This document shows, piece by piece, positions 19,825 to 32,300 of a stretch of DNA of 64,000 nucleotides; within the stretch, counting starts at the first letter, position 1, and each line of letters begins with the position of its first letter. The stretch spans positions 3,232,001 through 3,296,000 of the forward strand of contig OY771587.1 of the NCBI GenBank assembly GCA_963674825.1, written 5' to 3'. The notes beneath the pieces were generated by a model. It saw nothing but the letters and a program-made list of their open reading frames with translations. It did no database searches and was not told the origin of the DNA. Source of the DNA: Candidatus Cloacimonadales bacterium (GTDB lineage: Bacteria > Cloacimonadota > Cloacimonadia > Cloacimonadales > JAIOQZ01). Made by a program: the position numbers and the translations under genes.

Positions 19825-19853
19825 TTGACATATCATATCGGCATAAATATCAT
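19825..19853 (+). promoter_or_regulatory. Sigma70 promoter of the tilS operon
   Basis: TTGACA-17 bp-TATCAT upstream of tilS. Confidence 0.7.
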
Positions 19854-19906
19854 GAATATACAGAATTATCGCAAAGTCGCGTGGCGAAAGCAACGCAATA
19901 TCGGAG

Positions 19907-21349
19907 ATGCACATGACGTTCTTGCGGAATTTCCTGCAACGATTCGAAGATTTTGCCATTGAGAAGAAGCTGCTTCAAAACAGACAGCACATCCTTGTCG
20001 GCGTATCCGGCGGACCCGATTCCACTGCGCTCTTGCAAGCTCTCTACCACTTGAGGCCAAAGTACCGGCTGCATATCCTGGCCGCCCATGTAAACTACAA
20101 CACGCGCGGAGAAGATTCAAAAGCGGACGAAGCATTCGTAAAAAAGCTCTGCTTCGAGCGCAATATCGGTATCGTCTCAAAGCAGGCGCATCTTGACCTT
20201 GATCTCTCCAATTTCGAGAATGAAGCGCGCGAGATCCGTATGGCGTACTTTGAAACGTTGCAGAAGCAATACCGTATTCACCGTATCGCGCTTGGTCATA
20301 ACAAAGAAGATCAGGCGGAGACGGTTCTGTTCCGGATGTTCCGTGGCGCTGCAGTATCTGGCTTGAAAGGGATTCTTCCGCTCAGTGGTGACATCATCCA
20401 TCCGCTACTGCCGTTTTCCAGAAGCGAGATTGAGCATTTTCTTGTCGAGGAAGGCATCCAGTGGCGAACCGATGCGAGTAACCTGGAAAACCATTACACA
20501 CGTAATCGTATCCGCAACGAACTTTTCCCCTGGATTGAAACAAATATCAATCCGCAAATCGTGGATAAGCTATACGATTCGGCAGGCATCTTCGCCGAAA
20601 CGGAAGAAATACTGCGGGATATTGTGCTGAGACGGCTGAACAAGCATAACATCAGCAAGATGGAATTCTCCATCAAGATCCCCATCTCGCTATTGGAAAA
20701 GCAACGGCCTGTGTTGCGGTTTTATATGTATCGCGAGATTTACAACTACCTTAAGGGCGATGAGAAAGACTTTTATACGGTTCACTTCGAGAGGATCGAG
20801 AAGATCTTCGATTCGCGGGGAAGCAAACAGATTGATTTGCCCAGCGATATTGTGCTCTTCAAGGAATACGATCATCTGATATTCTGCCGCAAAGACGCGA
20901 TCGAAGAACCCGAACCCGAAGCCGAGCGCGAAATACCCTCGATTCGAAACCGTTTCATGTTCGGTAGTTACCGCTTCTTCATGAAAAAGGTGAAACAACT
21001 TCCCGCGAAAAAGCGTTCTCCAGTTGAACAAAATGTGTGTTATCTCGATATGGATAAAATCGAGTTTCCTCTCACGCTTCGTTACCGGAGACCCGGAGAT
21101 CGCTTTAATCCCTTTGGTATGGAGCATTCCAAGAAGCTTAAGGATTTTTTCATTGACGAAAAGGTCTCCAGGTTCGAGAGAGATAAGATTGTCATTCTGA
21201 CAGATCAGAATAACATATTATGGATTTGCGGTTATCGTTCCGATCAACGATCAGCGGTTACCGAAGAGACAAAAAATATACTGATGGTTCGCGTGGAGCG
21301 AGTAAACTCGAGCCGTCCGCGAACTGCCAATAGAAAGAAAAAAGGATGA
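19907..21349 (+). CDS. tilS: tRNA(Ile)-lysidine synthetase
   Basis: VSGGPDS PP-loop, GHNKEDQAET, RNRIR, KKLKDFFIDEK; tilS-hpt-ftsH synteny. Confidence 0.96.
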   Translation: MHMTFLRNFLQRFEDFAIEKKLLQNRQHILVGVSGGPDSTALLQALYHLRPKYRLHILAAHVNYNTRGEDSKADEAFVKKLCFERNIGIVSKQAHLDLDLSNFENEAREIRMAYFETLQKQYRIHRIALGHNKEDQAETVLFRMFRGAAVSGLKGILPLSGDIIHPLLPFSRSEIEHFLVEEGIQWRTDASNLENHYTRNRIRNELFPWIETNINPQIVDKLYDSAGIFAETEEILRDIVLRRLNKHNISKMEFSIKIPISLLEKQRPVLRFYMYREIYNYLKGDEKDFYTVHFERIEKIFDSRGSKQIDLPSDIVLFKEYDHLIFCRKDAIEEPEPEAEREIPSIRNRFMFGSYRFFMKKVKQLPAKKRSPVEQNVCYLDMDKIEFPLTLRYRRPGDRFNPFGMEHSKKLKDFFIDEKVSRFERDKIVILTDQNNILWICGYRSDQRSAVTEETKNILMVRVERVNSSRPRTANRKKKG

Positions 21350-21353
21350 TTTC

Positions 21354-21890
21354 ATGAATAACGATATATCAACGGTGCTTTTCGATGAAGGCATGATCCA
21401 GAAGCGCGTTCGTGAATTGGGTGCAATCCTCTCGAAACGCTATGAGGACAAGAATCCCGTCTTCATATGCATTCTTCGTGGAGGTGTTCTATTCCTTTCC
21501 GACATCGTACGCAGTATCACCATTCCCATCGAGATCGATTTCATGTCCATCTCCAGCTATGGCGACAGCACGCAGTCGTCAGGCGTGGTGAAAATCCGCA
21601 AGGATATCGACACCGATCTCACCGGAAGAGATGTGGTGATCGTGGAAGATATTGTCGATAGCGGACTCTCGCTTCAGTATATAATCGAATATCTGAAAAA
21701 ACACAATCCGGCATCCGTCTGTACCTGCGTCCTTCTGGACAAACCCGCAGCGCATAAGATCGATGTCGAGATAGATTACACCGGATTTGAAATTGGCAAT
21801 GACTTTGTGGTTGGTTACGGACTTGATTTCGCGGAGAAATACCGAAACCTACCCTTCATCGGTATTTTGAAAGAGGAAGTATATAAATGA
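21354..21890 (+). CDS. hpt: Hypoxanthine phosphoribosyltransferase
   Basis: [12 protein letters not shown] motif, [15 protein letters not shown]. Confidence 0.97.
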   Translation: MNNDISTVLFDEGMIQKRVRELGAILSKRYEDKNPVFICILRGGVLFLSDIVRSITIPIEIDFMSISSYGDSTQSSGVVKIRKDIDTDLTGRDVVIVEDIVDSGLSLQYIIEYLKKHNPASVCTCVLLDKPAAHKIDVEIDYTGFEIGNDFVVGYGLDFAEKYRNLPFIGILKEEVYK

Positions 21891-23884
21891 ATCAGAATCC
21901 CAGAGATCCCCGGGATGATCAACCGAAAAAAATGTTCCCGAAATTCAAACGGACTCAGTCGATAACACTCTGGATCGTGTTGTTTCTGTTCCTTATAATA
22001 GCCTATAATTTTTATTTTCGTCAGGATACTATCAAGACGGTAACCTATTCGGAATTCATCGCGATGGCGGAGAATGGAGCAATCATTCAGGCGGAGTTCA
22101 ATAACCGCGACGTGCAGTTTGTGAACGGGGCCAATGAGAAATTCCAGACCCATATGCCGTTTGAAGATCCCGAATTGATCCGCGATCTGGCGAAGAAAGT
22201 GAATGTTTCATCACAACGACCGTCGAAGTTCCTCTCCATCCTCATCGGATGGCTGCCTATCCTGATTTTTATCGGGTTCTGGATCTTTATGATGCGATCC
22301 ATGCAAGGCGGTGGGAATCGTGCCTTCAGTTTCGGCAAGAGCCGGGCAAGGCTTTTCATCGGTGGCAAAACGAACAAGACTTTCAAGGATGTCGCCGGCG
22401 TGGACGAAGCTAAAGAAGAGCTGGAAGAGATTGTTGAGTACCTCAAAGCTCCGGCGAAGTTCCAGCGTTTGGGTGGACGTATTCCACGCGGTGTGCTACT
22501 ACTCGGAAGACCCGGTACCGGTAAGACTCTCCTTGCGAAAGCTGTTGCGGGTGAAGCGGGTGTGCCGTTCTTCAGTATCAGCGGTTCAGACTTCGTGGAA
22601 ATGTTTGTTGGTGTGGGCGCTTCTCGCGTTCGTGACCTCTTCGAGCAGGCCAAGCGCAATGCTCCCTGTATCGCGTTTATCGACGAGATCGACGCGGTGG
22701 GACGTCATCGCGGAACTGGCCTCGGCGGTGGCCACGACGAACGTGAACAGACACTCAATCAGCTTCTGGTGGAGATGGATGGCTTTGAGCAAAACGACTC
22801 GGTGATCATCATCGCCGCAACGAATAGAGCGGATGTGCTTGATCCCGCGTTGATGCGTCCGGGACGCTTCGACCGCCAGGTGATCGTCGATCTGCCGGAT
22901 ATCAAGGGCCGTGAAGAGATTCTCAAGGTCCATGTGCGCAAGCTCCCGATCTCGGAATCGGTCAACCTTAAGGTGATCGCCCGGGCAACACCGGGATTCA
23001 GTGGCGCTGACCTGGCTAACCTGGTCAACGAAGCCGCGCTTCTTGCTGCCAGACGCAATCGTAAGAAAATCGAGATGGAAGATTTCGAAGAGGCTCGCGA
23101 CAAGGAGACCCTTGGAAAGGAACGCAAGAGTAAAGTCATCTCCGAAGAGGAGAAAAAGATTACCGCCTACCACGAGGTCGGGCATGTTCTTTGTTCCATC
23201 TTCCAGGAGAAGACCGACACCCTGCACAAGGTGACGATCATCCCGCGCGGATTGGCCGGCGGTGTGACGCAGTACCTTGGCAAGGACCGGATGTACTACA
23301 CCAAGAGATTCCTTGAACAGCGCATCGTGATGTCCCTCGGTGGACGCGCAGCGGAAGAGATCATCTTCGGCGAGATAACCACGGGCGCTTCGAGCGATAT
23401 CGAATATGCTACATACCTGGCTCGCAAAATGATCACCAAGTGGGGTATGAGCGACAGCATCGGTCCGATCGCGATCGGTAAAGAGGATTCGCAGGTATTC
23501 CTCGGTAAGGAGCTGACTCAGCGCGAATCGCTGAGCGAGCACACCTCGATGTCAGTCGATACAGAGATTCACAGCCTCATCATGAATTCTTACCAGACGG
23601 CGAAGAAGATCCTCGAAGATCATCGCGTCGTGCTGGATGAGATGTCGATGGCTCTCCTCGAAAAAGAAACACTCAATCTGGACGAGATGTTCGAGATTAC
23701 ACTCAAGCATATTTCGGATGAAGAGAGAGACATCGTGAAGAAGAAATACGATTCTTCGCTCGAAATGAGAATGACTGATGAAGAAGATCAGACAATCGAT
23801 AACGAACCGGAACCAGTCGAGATGCCGAACGTGGAAGAACCACCGGCAATGGATGAACCAGGCGAGGGAATCAATGAGCATTGA
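21887..23884 (+). CDS. ftsH: ATP-dependent zinc metalloprotease FtsH
   Basis: Two TMs, [26 protein letters not shown]. Confidence 0.98.
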   Translation: MNQNPRDPRDDQPKKMFPKFKRTQSITLWIVLFLFLIIAYNFYFRQDTIKTVTYSEFIAMAENGAIIQAEFNNRDVQFVNGANEKFQTHMPFEDPELIRDLAKKVNVSSQRPSKFLSILIGWLPILIFIGFWIFMMRSMQGGGNRAFSFGKSRARLFIGGKTNKTFKDVAGVDEAKEELEEIVEYLKAPAKFQRLGGRIPRGVLLLGRPGTGKTLLAKAVAGEAGVPFFSISGSDFVEMFVGVGASRVRDLFEQAKRNAPCIAFIDEIDAVGRHRGTGLGGGHDEREQTLNQLLVEMDGFEQNDSVIIIAATNRADVLDPALMRPGRFDRQVIVDLPDIKGREEILKVHVRKLPISESVNLKVIARATPGFSGADLANLVNEAALLAARRNRKKIEMEDFEEARDKETLGKERKSKVISEEEKKITAYHEVGHVLCSIFQEKTDTLHKVTIIPRGLAGGVTQYLGKDRMYYTKRFLEQRIVMSLGGRAAEEIIFGEITTGASSDIEYATYLARKMITKWGMSDSIGPIAIGKEDSQVFLGKELTQRESLSEHTSMSVDTEIHSLIMNSYQTAKKILEDHRVVLDEMSMALLEKETLNLDEMFEITLKHISDEERDIVKKKYDSSLEMRMTDEEDQTIDNEPEPVEMPNVEEPPAMDEPGEGINEH

Positions 23885-24410
23885 GCTTAGGGGAACGACC
23901 ATCATCGGGATGCTGCGCGACGGCAAACTGGCGATTGGCGGGGACGGACAGGTTACCTTCGGAAACACCATTCTCAAGGGTAACGCGGTCAAGATCAGAA
24001 GGCTTTACGGTGAAAATATCATCGCGGGTTTCGCAGGGGCTACGGCGGATGCGTTCACGCTCTTCGAGAAATTCGAATCAAAGCTGAAAGAGTACAAGGG
24101 CAACCTGAAGCGCGCTGCGGTCGAGCTCGCGAAGGACTGGCGCAGCGATAAGGTACTCCGTCGCCTGGAAGCAATGATCATCGTGGGCGATAAAGAAAAC
24201 CTGCTGCTTCTCTCCGGTACCGGCGACGTGGTAGAGACCGAGGACGGTATCACCGCGATTGGTTCGGGCGGAAGCTATGCACTGGCTGCTGCACGAGCAC
24301 TGAATGCGAATACCGGCTTGGAGCCACGTGAGATCGTGCGGAAATCCCTGGAAATCGCCGCGGATATATGCATATACTCAAACCGGAATATTATCGTCGA
24401 AGAACTGTAG
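23874..24410 (+). CDS. hslV: ATP-dependent protease subunit HslV
   Basis: [23 protein letters not shown]; start at ATG 23874 overlapping the ftsH end. Confidence 0.96.
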   Translation: MSIELRGTTIIGMLRDGKLAIGGDGQVTFGNTILKGNAVKIRRLYGENIIAGFAGATADAFTLFEKFESKLKEYKGNLKRAAVELAKDWRSDKVLRRLEAMIIVGDKENLLLLSGTGDVVETEDGITAIGSGGSYALAAARALNANTGLEPREIVRKSLEIAADICIYSNRNIIVEEL

Positions 24411-24480
24411 GCTTTCTAATCGCAATATCATCGTCGAAGAGCTATAGGCTTTCGACTCACAAAAGAATCATGGAAGAAGT

Positions 24481-24484
<4 letters not shown>
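24378..24484 (+). repeat. Three diverged tandem copies (37 bp period) of the hslV 3' end
   Basis: Copy 1 TCA AAC CGG AAT ATT ATC GTC GAA GAA CTG TAG gctttc; copy 2 TCT AAT CGC AAT ATC ATC GTC GAA GAG CTA TAG gctttc; weaker copy 3 TCG ACT CAC AAA AGA ATC ATG GAA GAA GTA TGA. Confidence 0.85.
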
Positions 24485-25827
<1,343 letters not shown>

Positions 25828-25854
25828 CGCAATCCTGACGAATCTGAGTTTTAC

Positions 25855-25880
25855 AAGGGCAATCCGATGTGGTTGCCCTT
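25855..25880. terminator. Hairpin between convergent genes, probable terminator
   Basis: AAGGGCAATC...GGTTGCCCTT stem after hslU. Confidence 0.65.
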
Positions 25881-25891
25881 TATATACAACC

Positions 25892-27460
25892 CTATTTCAA
25901 CATGACCATTTTGTGGGAAATGATCTCCTTACCGTTGCTGATACGATACAGATAAATACCACTTGAAACAGGTGTGCCCATTTCGTTCATGCCGTCCCAT
26001 GTTACCTCGTGATCTCCAGCACTCAGACGCTCGTTTAAGAGTGATTTTACAAGTTGTCCGCGAGTGTTATAGATGTTGATTACGACATCTCCTGGAGTTG
26101 GTAAAGATAAAGCGATGGTAGTTGTCGGATTGAATGGATTGGGATAATTTTCTACGACAATCTCGTATGGAGCGGAATTAGTTGGATTGTTGATTGCGAC
26201 CGTGTAAGATCCATGCCATATCTCGATATCCGAACCGTTACAACCGATGAAGACGAGTGTGCCGCTTTCGAGTCGCTCGATATTGCTTGGTGTGAATGGG
26301 GCATTTCCGCAATCAATCACGTCGCCGTTTTCGCGATTACGAATCTCCCAGTGTGAGGATGCGGGAGCGAAGTACATTGTCATCGGTATATCGCTTCCGT
26401 ATGCAATGCAACTAGATGCGCACATTCCGTTGAGAAGCATATCATCGCTCATGGTAGATTCTGTGCTTTCCCATACGATGTTGCCCGAGAGGTCCACCTC
26501 GTAAAATGTGCAGGTGTAGGTCCTGTCTGCTGAGCTGAAATCGACTGAGAGAATGGTTATGGTTGCAGGTGATTCTGTGTAATTATCGGACAACAAAACA
26601 TAGCGATCACAGGTATATGCGTCACTATAGAATTCATGGAGATGTGTATGATGAGTAAAAAAGTAATCATTCGTATAAATTCCATTTGACACACTTGTAA
26701 AAACCTGTTCTCCATCGTAGTGATCTGATCTCGCCGCAAATCGAGCTGCGAAAATAACGGGAAATCCTGAATTATCACCCGATATGACATCCCATCCGAT
26801 GTCTTCAACGTTTTGATAACTTATAGAATCACCGAAGGCTATAATACACGTTTTCGGAAAAGTCCAGTAGTCGTCGTAGTTGAACTCTTCATGATCCTGA
26901 GAGACGCTACTGGTCGAGAATGGAGCACAAAGTGTGCATTCATCGGAAATTCCAGATTGAGTTATGCATTGGTTAGGAACCGCACTGTAGCCCATCAGTA
27001 TGCTTTGCCAATCATCGCTTATGAAAGAACTTGTAAATTCCTGGACGATGTGAGTGTCAATACACTCCGTTGTTTCGAGGTTGTAGATTTCGGAAATCAG
27101 AGTGGTTCTGCTTGTCCAGTTGCGAGTTTCGTATTCTCGTTCACCGACCTCGACCCGATTCAACACGATGTAACGATTATTATCGTATTCGAAGTAACTC
27201 ATCGTTCTGTTGTCAGTGCTATCGGGCATGGCGATGGCCATGCTTTCGATCGGATTCCCTTCGATATCGTGAATTGACACGAAAACATTGAGCATATCCT
27301 GTGAATAGACGATGATCCTGTCTGTTCCCCCTACGGACTTCACCTCTGCAAAAGAGAACTCGCCATTGGTGATTGAGAAAGCTCCGGTTTGATTGAATTC
27401 AACCAACGCAAGAAGTTGAGCTGTGCAAACTAATACGATAAAAGTCCATAAAGCCCTCAT
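25892..27460 (-). CDS. Secreted protein with a C-terminal FlgD-Ig / T9SS-type sorting domain
   Basis: Signal peptide; C-terminal NYPNPFNPTTTI...IYNTRGQLVK...WDG...SSGIYLYR...KMVMLK; start at ATG 27460 behind GGAGG; N-terminal region unrecognised. Confidence 0.88.
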   Translation of the reverse strand: MRALWTFIVLVCTAQLLALVEFNQTGAFSITNGEFSFAEVKSVGGTDRIIVYSQDMLNVFVSIHDIEGNPIESMAIAMPDSTDNRTMSYFEYDNNRYIVLNRVEVGEREYETRNWTSRTTLISEIYNLETTECIDTHIVQEFTSSFISDDWQSILMGYSAVPNQCITQSGISDECTLCAPFSTSSVSQDHEEFNYDDYWTFPKTCIIAFGDSISYQNVEDIGWDVISGDNSGFPVIFAARFAARSDHYDGEQVFTSVSNGIYTNDYFFTHHTHLHEFYSDAYTCDRYVLLSDNYTESPATITILSVDFSSADRTYTCTFYEVDLSGNIVWESTESTMSDDMLLNGMCASSCIAYGSDIPMTMYFAPASSHWEIRNRENGDVIDCGNAPFTPSNIERLESGTLVFIGCNGSDIEIWHGSYTVAINNPTNSAPYEIVVENYPNPFNPTTTIALSLPTPGDVVINIYNTRGQLVKSLLNERLSAGDHEVTWDGMNEMGTPVSSGIYLYRISNGKEIISHKMVMLK

Positions 27461-27675
27461 TGTAACCTCCGTTTGTTTTGACACTGATTAACAAAACCAT
27501 ATCGACTGGCATGGATCTGTCAAAGTATTTTCCTGTAATATGACGTATGCTGTATAAAGCCGTACAAGCATCCTTTGGCATCTCGATTGCACATAGTAAA
27601 TATGGGAAACCGTTTTAGCGGAAAATCTTTCCCATCACTCAATCCAACAGGGAAGTGAAGAATTGAGGATAAGAC

Positions 27676-29373
27676 ATGTGTGGAATCGTCGGAATACTGG
27701 ACAATAGAAATCACCCGAAGCAGGCCGAACTGGATCGTTTCACCGATTCACTGGCACACCGTGGGCCGGATGGTCGCGGAACCTGGCGGGATGGATGCAT
27801 CGCATTGGGACACCGTAGGTTGGCGATACTCGACCTGACCGATACCGGCAAGTGCCCGATGCCCTTCGGAGATAACAACCGCTACTGGATCACCTACAAT
27901 GGCGAGGTTTACAACTTCATCGAATTGCGCCGCGAGCTGGAGTCACACGGCCATCGATTTCGCTCCGAAACCGATACGGAAGTGATCGCCGCAGCCTATG
28001 CCCAATGGGGAAAAGACTGCCTCCTGCGCTTCAACGGCATGTGGGCATTCGCTATCTGGGACAGTGTCGATAAAACCCTTTTTCTTGCGCGCGACAGATT
28101 CGGAATCAAGCCATTCTACTACGCAGTGAGCGGCAGTCGGTTTGCTTTCGCATCCGAGATGAAGGCCTTTCGCGAACTCGCCGAATTCCAGCCGAAGCTC
28201 GATTCCGAAGGTCTGACGGCCTATCTCGCCGACCCCAAAGCAGCGGAAGGCAAGACGGACAGAACGCCGCTCGAAGGTGTTCGCAAGCTCCCCGCTGGTC
28301 ACTGTATGATGCTTGATCGCGATGGAAAGATGCAGCTCACGCGCTGGTGGAGCACCAAAGACCATTTTCCTGAGATTCCGCAAGGCTACCGGCAGCAGGT
28401 CGAACAGCTTCGCGAGCTTTTCCTCGATTCGGTCCGTCTCCGTATGCGCAGCGATGTTTCCATCGGAAGCTGCCTCAGCGGCGGTATCGATTCCAGCGGC
28501 GTGGTGGGTGCGCTGGCGCTTTTGCACAAGCGGGACGCACAGCTTGAACGCTGTCCGCAGGACTGGCAGAAGGCCTTTATCGCGACATTCCCCGATAGCG
28601 CCATCGACGAGCGAACTTACGCCGAAGAGGTGGTCGCCATGACCGACGCGAAGCCCTATTACTGGGTTTTCGATGGTGAACGGGCGGTCCGCAACACGGT
28701 CGATGTAATCTGGTCGCACGAGAGCGTTTATCAGGGGAACATGGTACCCATCTGGGCCACGTACCGCGAGCTCCGGCGCGATGGAACCGTGGTGACGCTG
28801 GACGGTCACGGGGCCGACGAGATGCTCGGCGGTTATATCTGGTATTTCGAGGAGACCTACAATACCCTCAACAGCAAGCTATACGACGATTTCCACCAAG
28901 CGTTGCCAACCCTCCTGCGCAATTTCGATCGCCTCGCCATGGCGCACGGCGTCGAGATTCGTACGCCGTATCTGGACTGGCGTCTGGTCAGCTACATCCT
29001 CGCACTTCCGCCGGAAACCAAGATTGGTAAGGGATTCACCAAGCGCGTCCTGCGCGATGCCCTTGAGGGGATTATCCCGGATCGCATCCGTGAACGCAGG
29101 TTCAAGATGGGTTTCAGTTCACCCATGGTAGACTGGTTTAACGGCGGCATGGAGAAGCTGATCCTGGAGACGATCGAGCACCCACTCTGGAAAAACAGCC
29201 CGTACTGGGACGTAAAGAAAATCAAGCCGGAAATCAAGCTCAAAACCGAACGACACGCCTGGCAAAGCTCCGAAAAGAGCAAGATCAGCAAATATTGGCT
29301 CTATATCAATGCGGTTCTCTGGCATCGATTGTTCATCGATGGCGAGGCACCGGAAAGCCTGAGGACGACATGA
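27676..29373 (+). CDS. asnB: AsnB-family glutamine amidotransferase, probably glycan-modifying
   Basis: MCGI, HRGPD, GHRRLAILD, NGEVYN, RDRFGIKP, LSGGIDSS, GHGADE; ATGA overlap with the giant transferase. Confidence 0.9.
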   Translation: MCGIVGILDNRNHPKQAELDRFTDSLAHRGPDGRGTWRDGCIALGHRRLAILDLTDTGKCPMPFGDNNRYWITYNGEVYNFIELRRELESHGHRFRSETDTEVIAAAYAQWGKDCLLRFNGMWAFAIWDSVDKTLFLARDRFGIKPFYYAVSGSRFAFASEMKAFRELAEFQPKLDSEGLTAYLADPKAAEGKTDRTPLEGVRKLPAGHCMMLDRDGKMQLTRWWSTKDHFPEIPQGYRQQVEQLRELFLDSVRLRMRSDVSIGSCLSGGIDSSGVVGALALLHKRDAQLERCPQDWQKAFIATFPDSAIDERTYAEEVVAMTDAKPYYWVFDGERAVRNTVDVIWSHESVYQGNMVPIWATYRELRRDGTVVTLDGHGADEMLGGYIWYFEETYNTLNSKLYDDFHQALPTLLRNFDRLAMAHGVEIRTPYLDWRLVSYILALPPETKIGKGFTKRVLRDALEGIIPDRIRERRFKMGFSSPMVDWFNGGMEKLILETIEHPLWKNSPYWDVKKIKPEIKLKTERHAWQSSEKSKISKYWLYINAVLWHRLFIDGEAPESLRTT

Positions 29374-32300
29374 CCCATTTCGTTTATGCTGGAAAACTTC
29401 GTGGCGCGGACGATCCCCGCGTTGAATACCTGAAAAAGCTCACCCGCGCATCGATTACCTGGCGCGGTGAATATTCGCATGCCTATTTCATCGATGTGGA
29501 GGAACGCGATCAGCTTCCGGTGGGCGTTTCCGCCTTCCAGTTCGGCGATTACGCTTCCATGGGATGGAAGGATAAGCTGGCGAGTGCTTGCGTTACGGTT
29601 GTCTTTTCCAATGAATTGGAACCGTTTACAGTCGCGATGCGTAACGGATTGAAAATCCTGATGCCTGCGAATCACCCTGCACTTCCACTGCTTAACACCG
29701 AGTCGCAAGTCGTGCCATTCAGCGATGTGAACGATTTCTATCGCAAAGTCCAGACTCTTCTGGACGAAGGCGGAGAGCGCATGATGCCGGGTCGTCGCTG
29801 GAAACAGATTGAAGGCGATCGGCTCGTCTGGGCGCGGTTTGCCGCGGCGTTTGGACAGCAGGCAGCAAGTACGGATGATAGAAGCCGTGACGCTGAAGCG
29901 TACCGCAAGGCAATCCGTGAAAAGGGCTGGCAGGAAAAGGAGAATATCTATCTCGACGAATTCGAGTGGTTTACCAGGAAGCCGTGCGAGAGTCCGCGGA
30001 TCAGCATCGTGATCATCTCCTACGAATACAATCCCGATGTGCTGCTCAACCTGCAAGAGCTCATGAAGCAGCCTGGGCATCAATTGATATTTGTGAACAA
30101 CGGCGGAACGGTCGAGGAGTTCGAGCCGGTTGCCGGGATCCCGCATATTTATTTGAAACTGAAAGAGAATAAGGGTGCGTATCTGGCGCGTAACGCCGGG
30201 GCTGTATTCGCAACAGCGCCGATCATCCTGTTTCTGGATGACGACGCGCTGCCGGCTAAGAACCTGATCCAGACGCACATCGATAATTTCCAGCGCTACG
30301 ACATCCTTTCGTTGCGTGGCGTTTGCTTGCCGCGAACCAACAATCCGTTCAACGGGCTGCCGCGACACTACTATCTGGGGGATGAACCCTTCCCACGATT
30401 CGCTAACATCGAAGGCAACACTTCGTATCGCAGCGATATCTTTTTCCGGGCAGGCGGGTGGTCGGATGATATCCGCTTTGGCGGTGGAGGACTGGATCTT
30501 GCGCTCAGGATCCTGCAAGTCGATCCCGATTTACAGAAGCATATGTTTTCACCTGAGCCGGTCATCTATCACGACTACGTGAACAACACCGAGCATCTCG
30601 CCAAGAAATCGGAGAAGCAGCACAAATCGCGCAGCAGGCTTTTCCGAAAATATCCTGACCATCTGGAAAAGGTAAGCCAGTGGAACACGATGCGACATCG
30701 TACGAATTTGCTCCATGTACGCGAGGGTTTCACGGTCGAGAGCAACGTCATGACCGAGGCGAAGCGATCTCCACAGCTCTATCGCCTCTTGCAGGTGCGT
30801 TCATGGCAGTACAAGTTCGGGTACTACGATTACTATTGGTCGCACGTGGATGAGTTTAATCCACCCGATGAAGTATCAATATCGGTGGTGTTTGTCGCGG
30901 AGCGTCTTGACGACCAACTGCGCGAGAGCATACGCCGGATCAAGCGGCAGGCCGATCACGTAAGCGTCGTGGTCGTCAACAATGCCGGTGACGAGAAGGA
31001 TTTTACCGATCCGGGCTGCGATTATCTGGTGCATCTGAAGAAACGGGCGAACAAGAACACCGCGCGCAACCTGGGCTCGCTCATGGTCAAGTCACCCGTG
31101 ATTCTGTTTCTTGGAAATCATTGTATCCCAACGGATAACCTCATCAAGCGGCATCTGGACACCTTCCTGAAATTCCGTGTGGTAACGCTGGAAGGTGAGA
31201 TATTGATGGAAGGTGACGAACTGCCACAGGACAAGAGAACCTACAGCGTCTTCCCGGTGGAAGAGGACCACATTTCGTTTCTCAATGCGGGCTTTGTGAT
31301 GATCAAGGGATTCGTCGACCATGTGAATGAAGATGGCATCCACGAGTTCAATCTGCGCATGATGAATATCGCTGCCGATCTGGCGCAAAATCGCCATGAT
31401 CCCGGTTGCGTAGTGTATTCGAAGAAGCGTCGCGGTATCAGGCAGGAGGAGGTTATGCAATCACCTCCGCTGCATCTTCAGGAGCGTCCATGGCAGATGA
31501 AAACATATCGCAATTGGCTTGCGCTGGACGATCAGCGCTATCGGATGATCCCGCATCAGGAAGCGATCGAGATGAACAACCTGCTGAACCAGTCGGGTCA
31601 GCTACTTGCACAGGGCAGGCTGAAAGAGGCGTTGCCTGGCTTCGAGAAGTGCGCCGTGATGAACCCGTTGAACTTCCAGTGTGCCAGCATGCTGAGCTAT
31701 ACCTATCTCAATCTGGGTGAGCTCGAGAAGGCGCGCCGGGCGATTCTACCCGCCGTAACCATGCTTCCGCTGAACGAAGATATGGTGGGGAATCATGTGG
31801 CAATTCTGCTGCAAATGGGTAAGATCGAAGAGGCTAAAAGCTTCTGCGAGGGATTCCTGGCCCAAAAAACACACGTGAAGATCCAGAAGATCCTTGTTCA
31901 GATCGAAGAGTATATGAAGCAGAACCGGATGTCGTCCGCAACGCCGGAAGAACGGCTGATCGAACGGACCAAAGCGGAAGAATTCACGTCTGCGCTACAG
32001 CAACAAGTGTACGACTTTCTTCGGAACAAGGGCGAATCCGAGCCACTTGCCATGTGGTATATGAAGAGCATGGTCAAAGAGGCGAAGATTCAGCCAGCGA
32101 GCCGAAGCGTGTCACCGAAGGTGTCCATCGTCATCCCATGTCACAACTACGGACAATACCTGCGTGAGTGCGTCGAATCGGTTCTGTGGCAGACGTTTAC
32201 CGATTGGGAAATGATCATCATCAACGATGGTAGCACAGACGACACGCATGAGGTTGCACAACAGATTTTAAAGGCCTACCCCGACTATCGCATCCGCTAT

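Noticed and set aside
19870..19896. CGCAAAG plus a GAAA-capped hairpin in the tilS leader, reminiscent of a c-di-GMP-I riboswitch
   Set aside because: The elements are in the wrong order and the second stem is missing.
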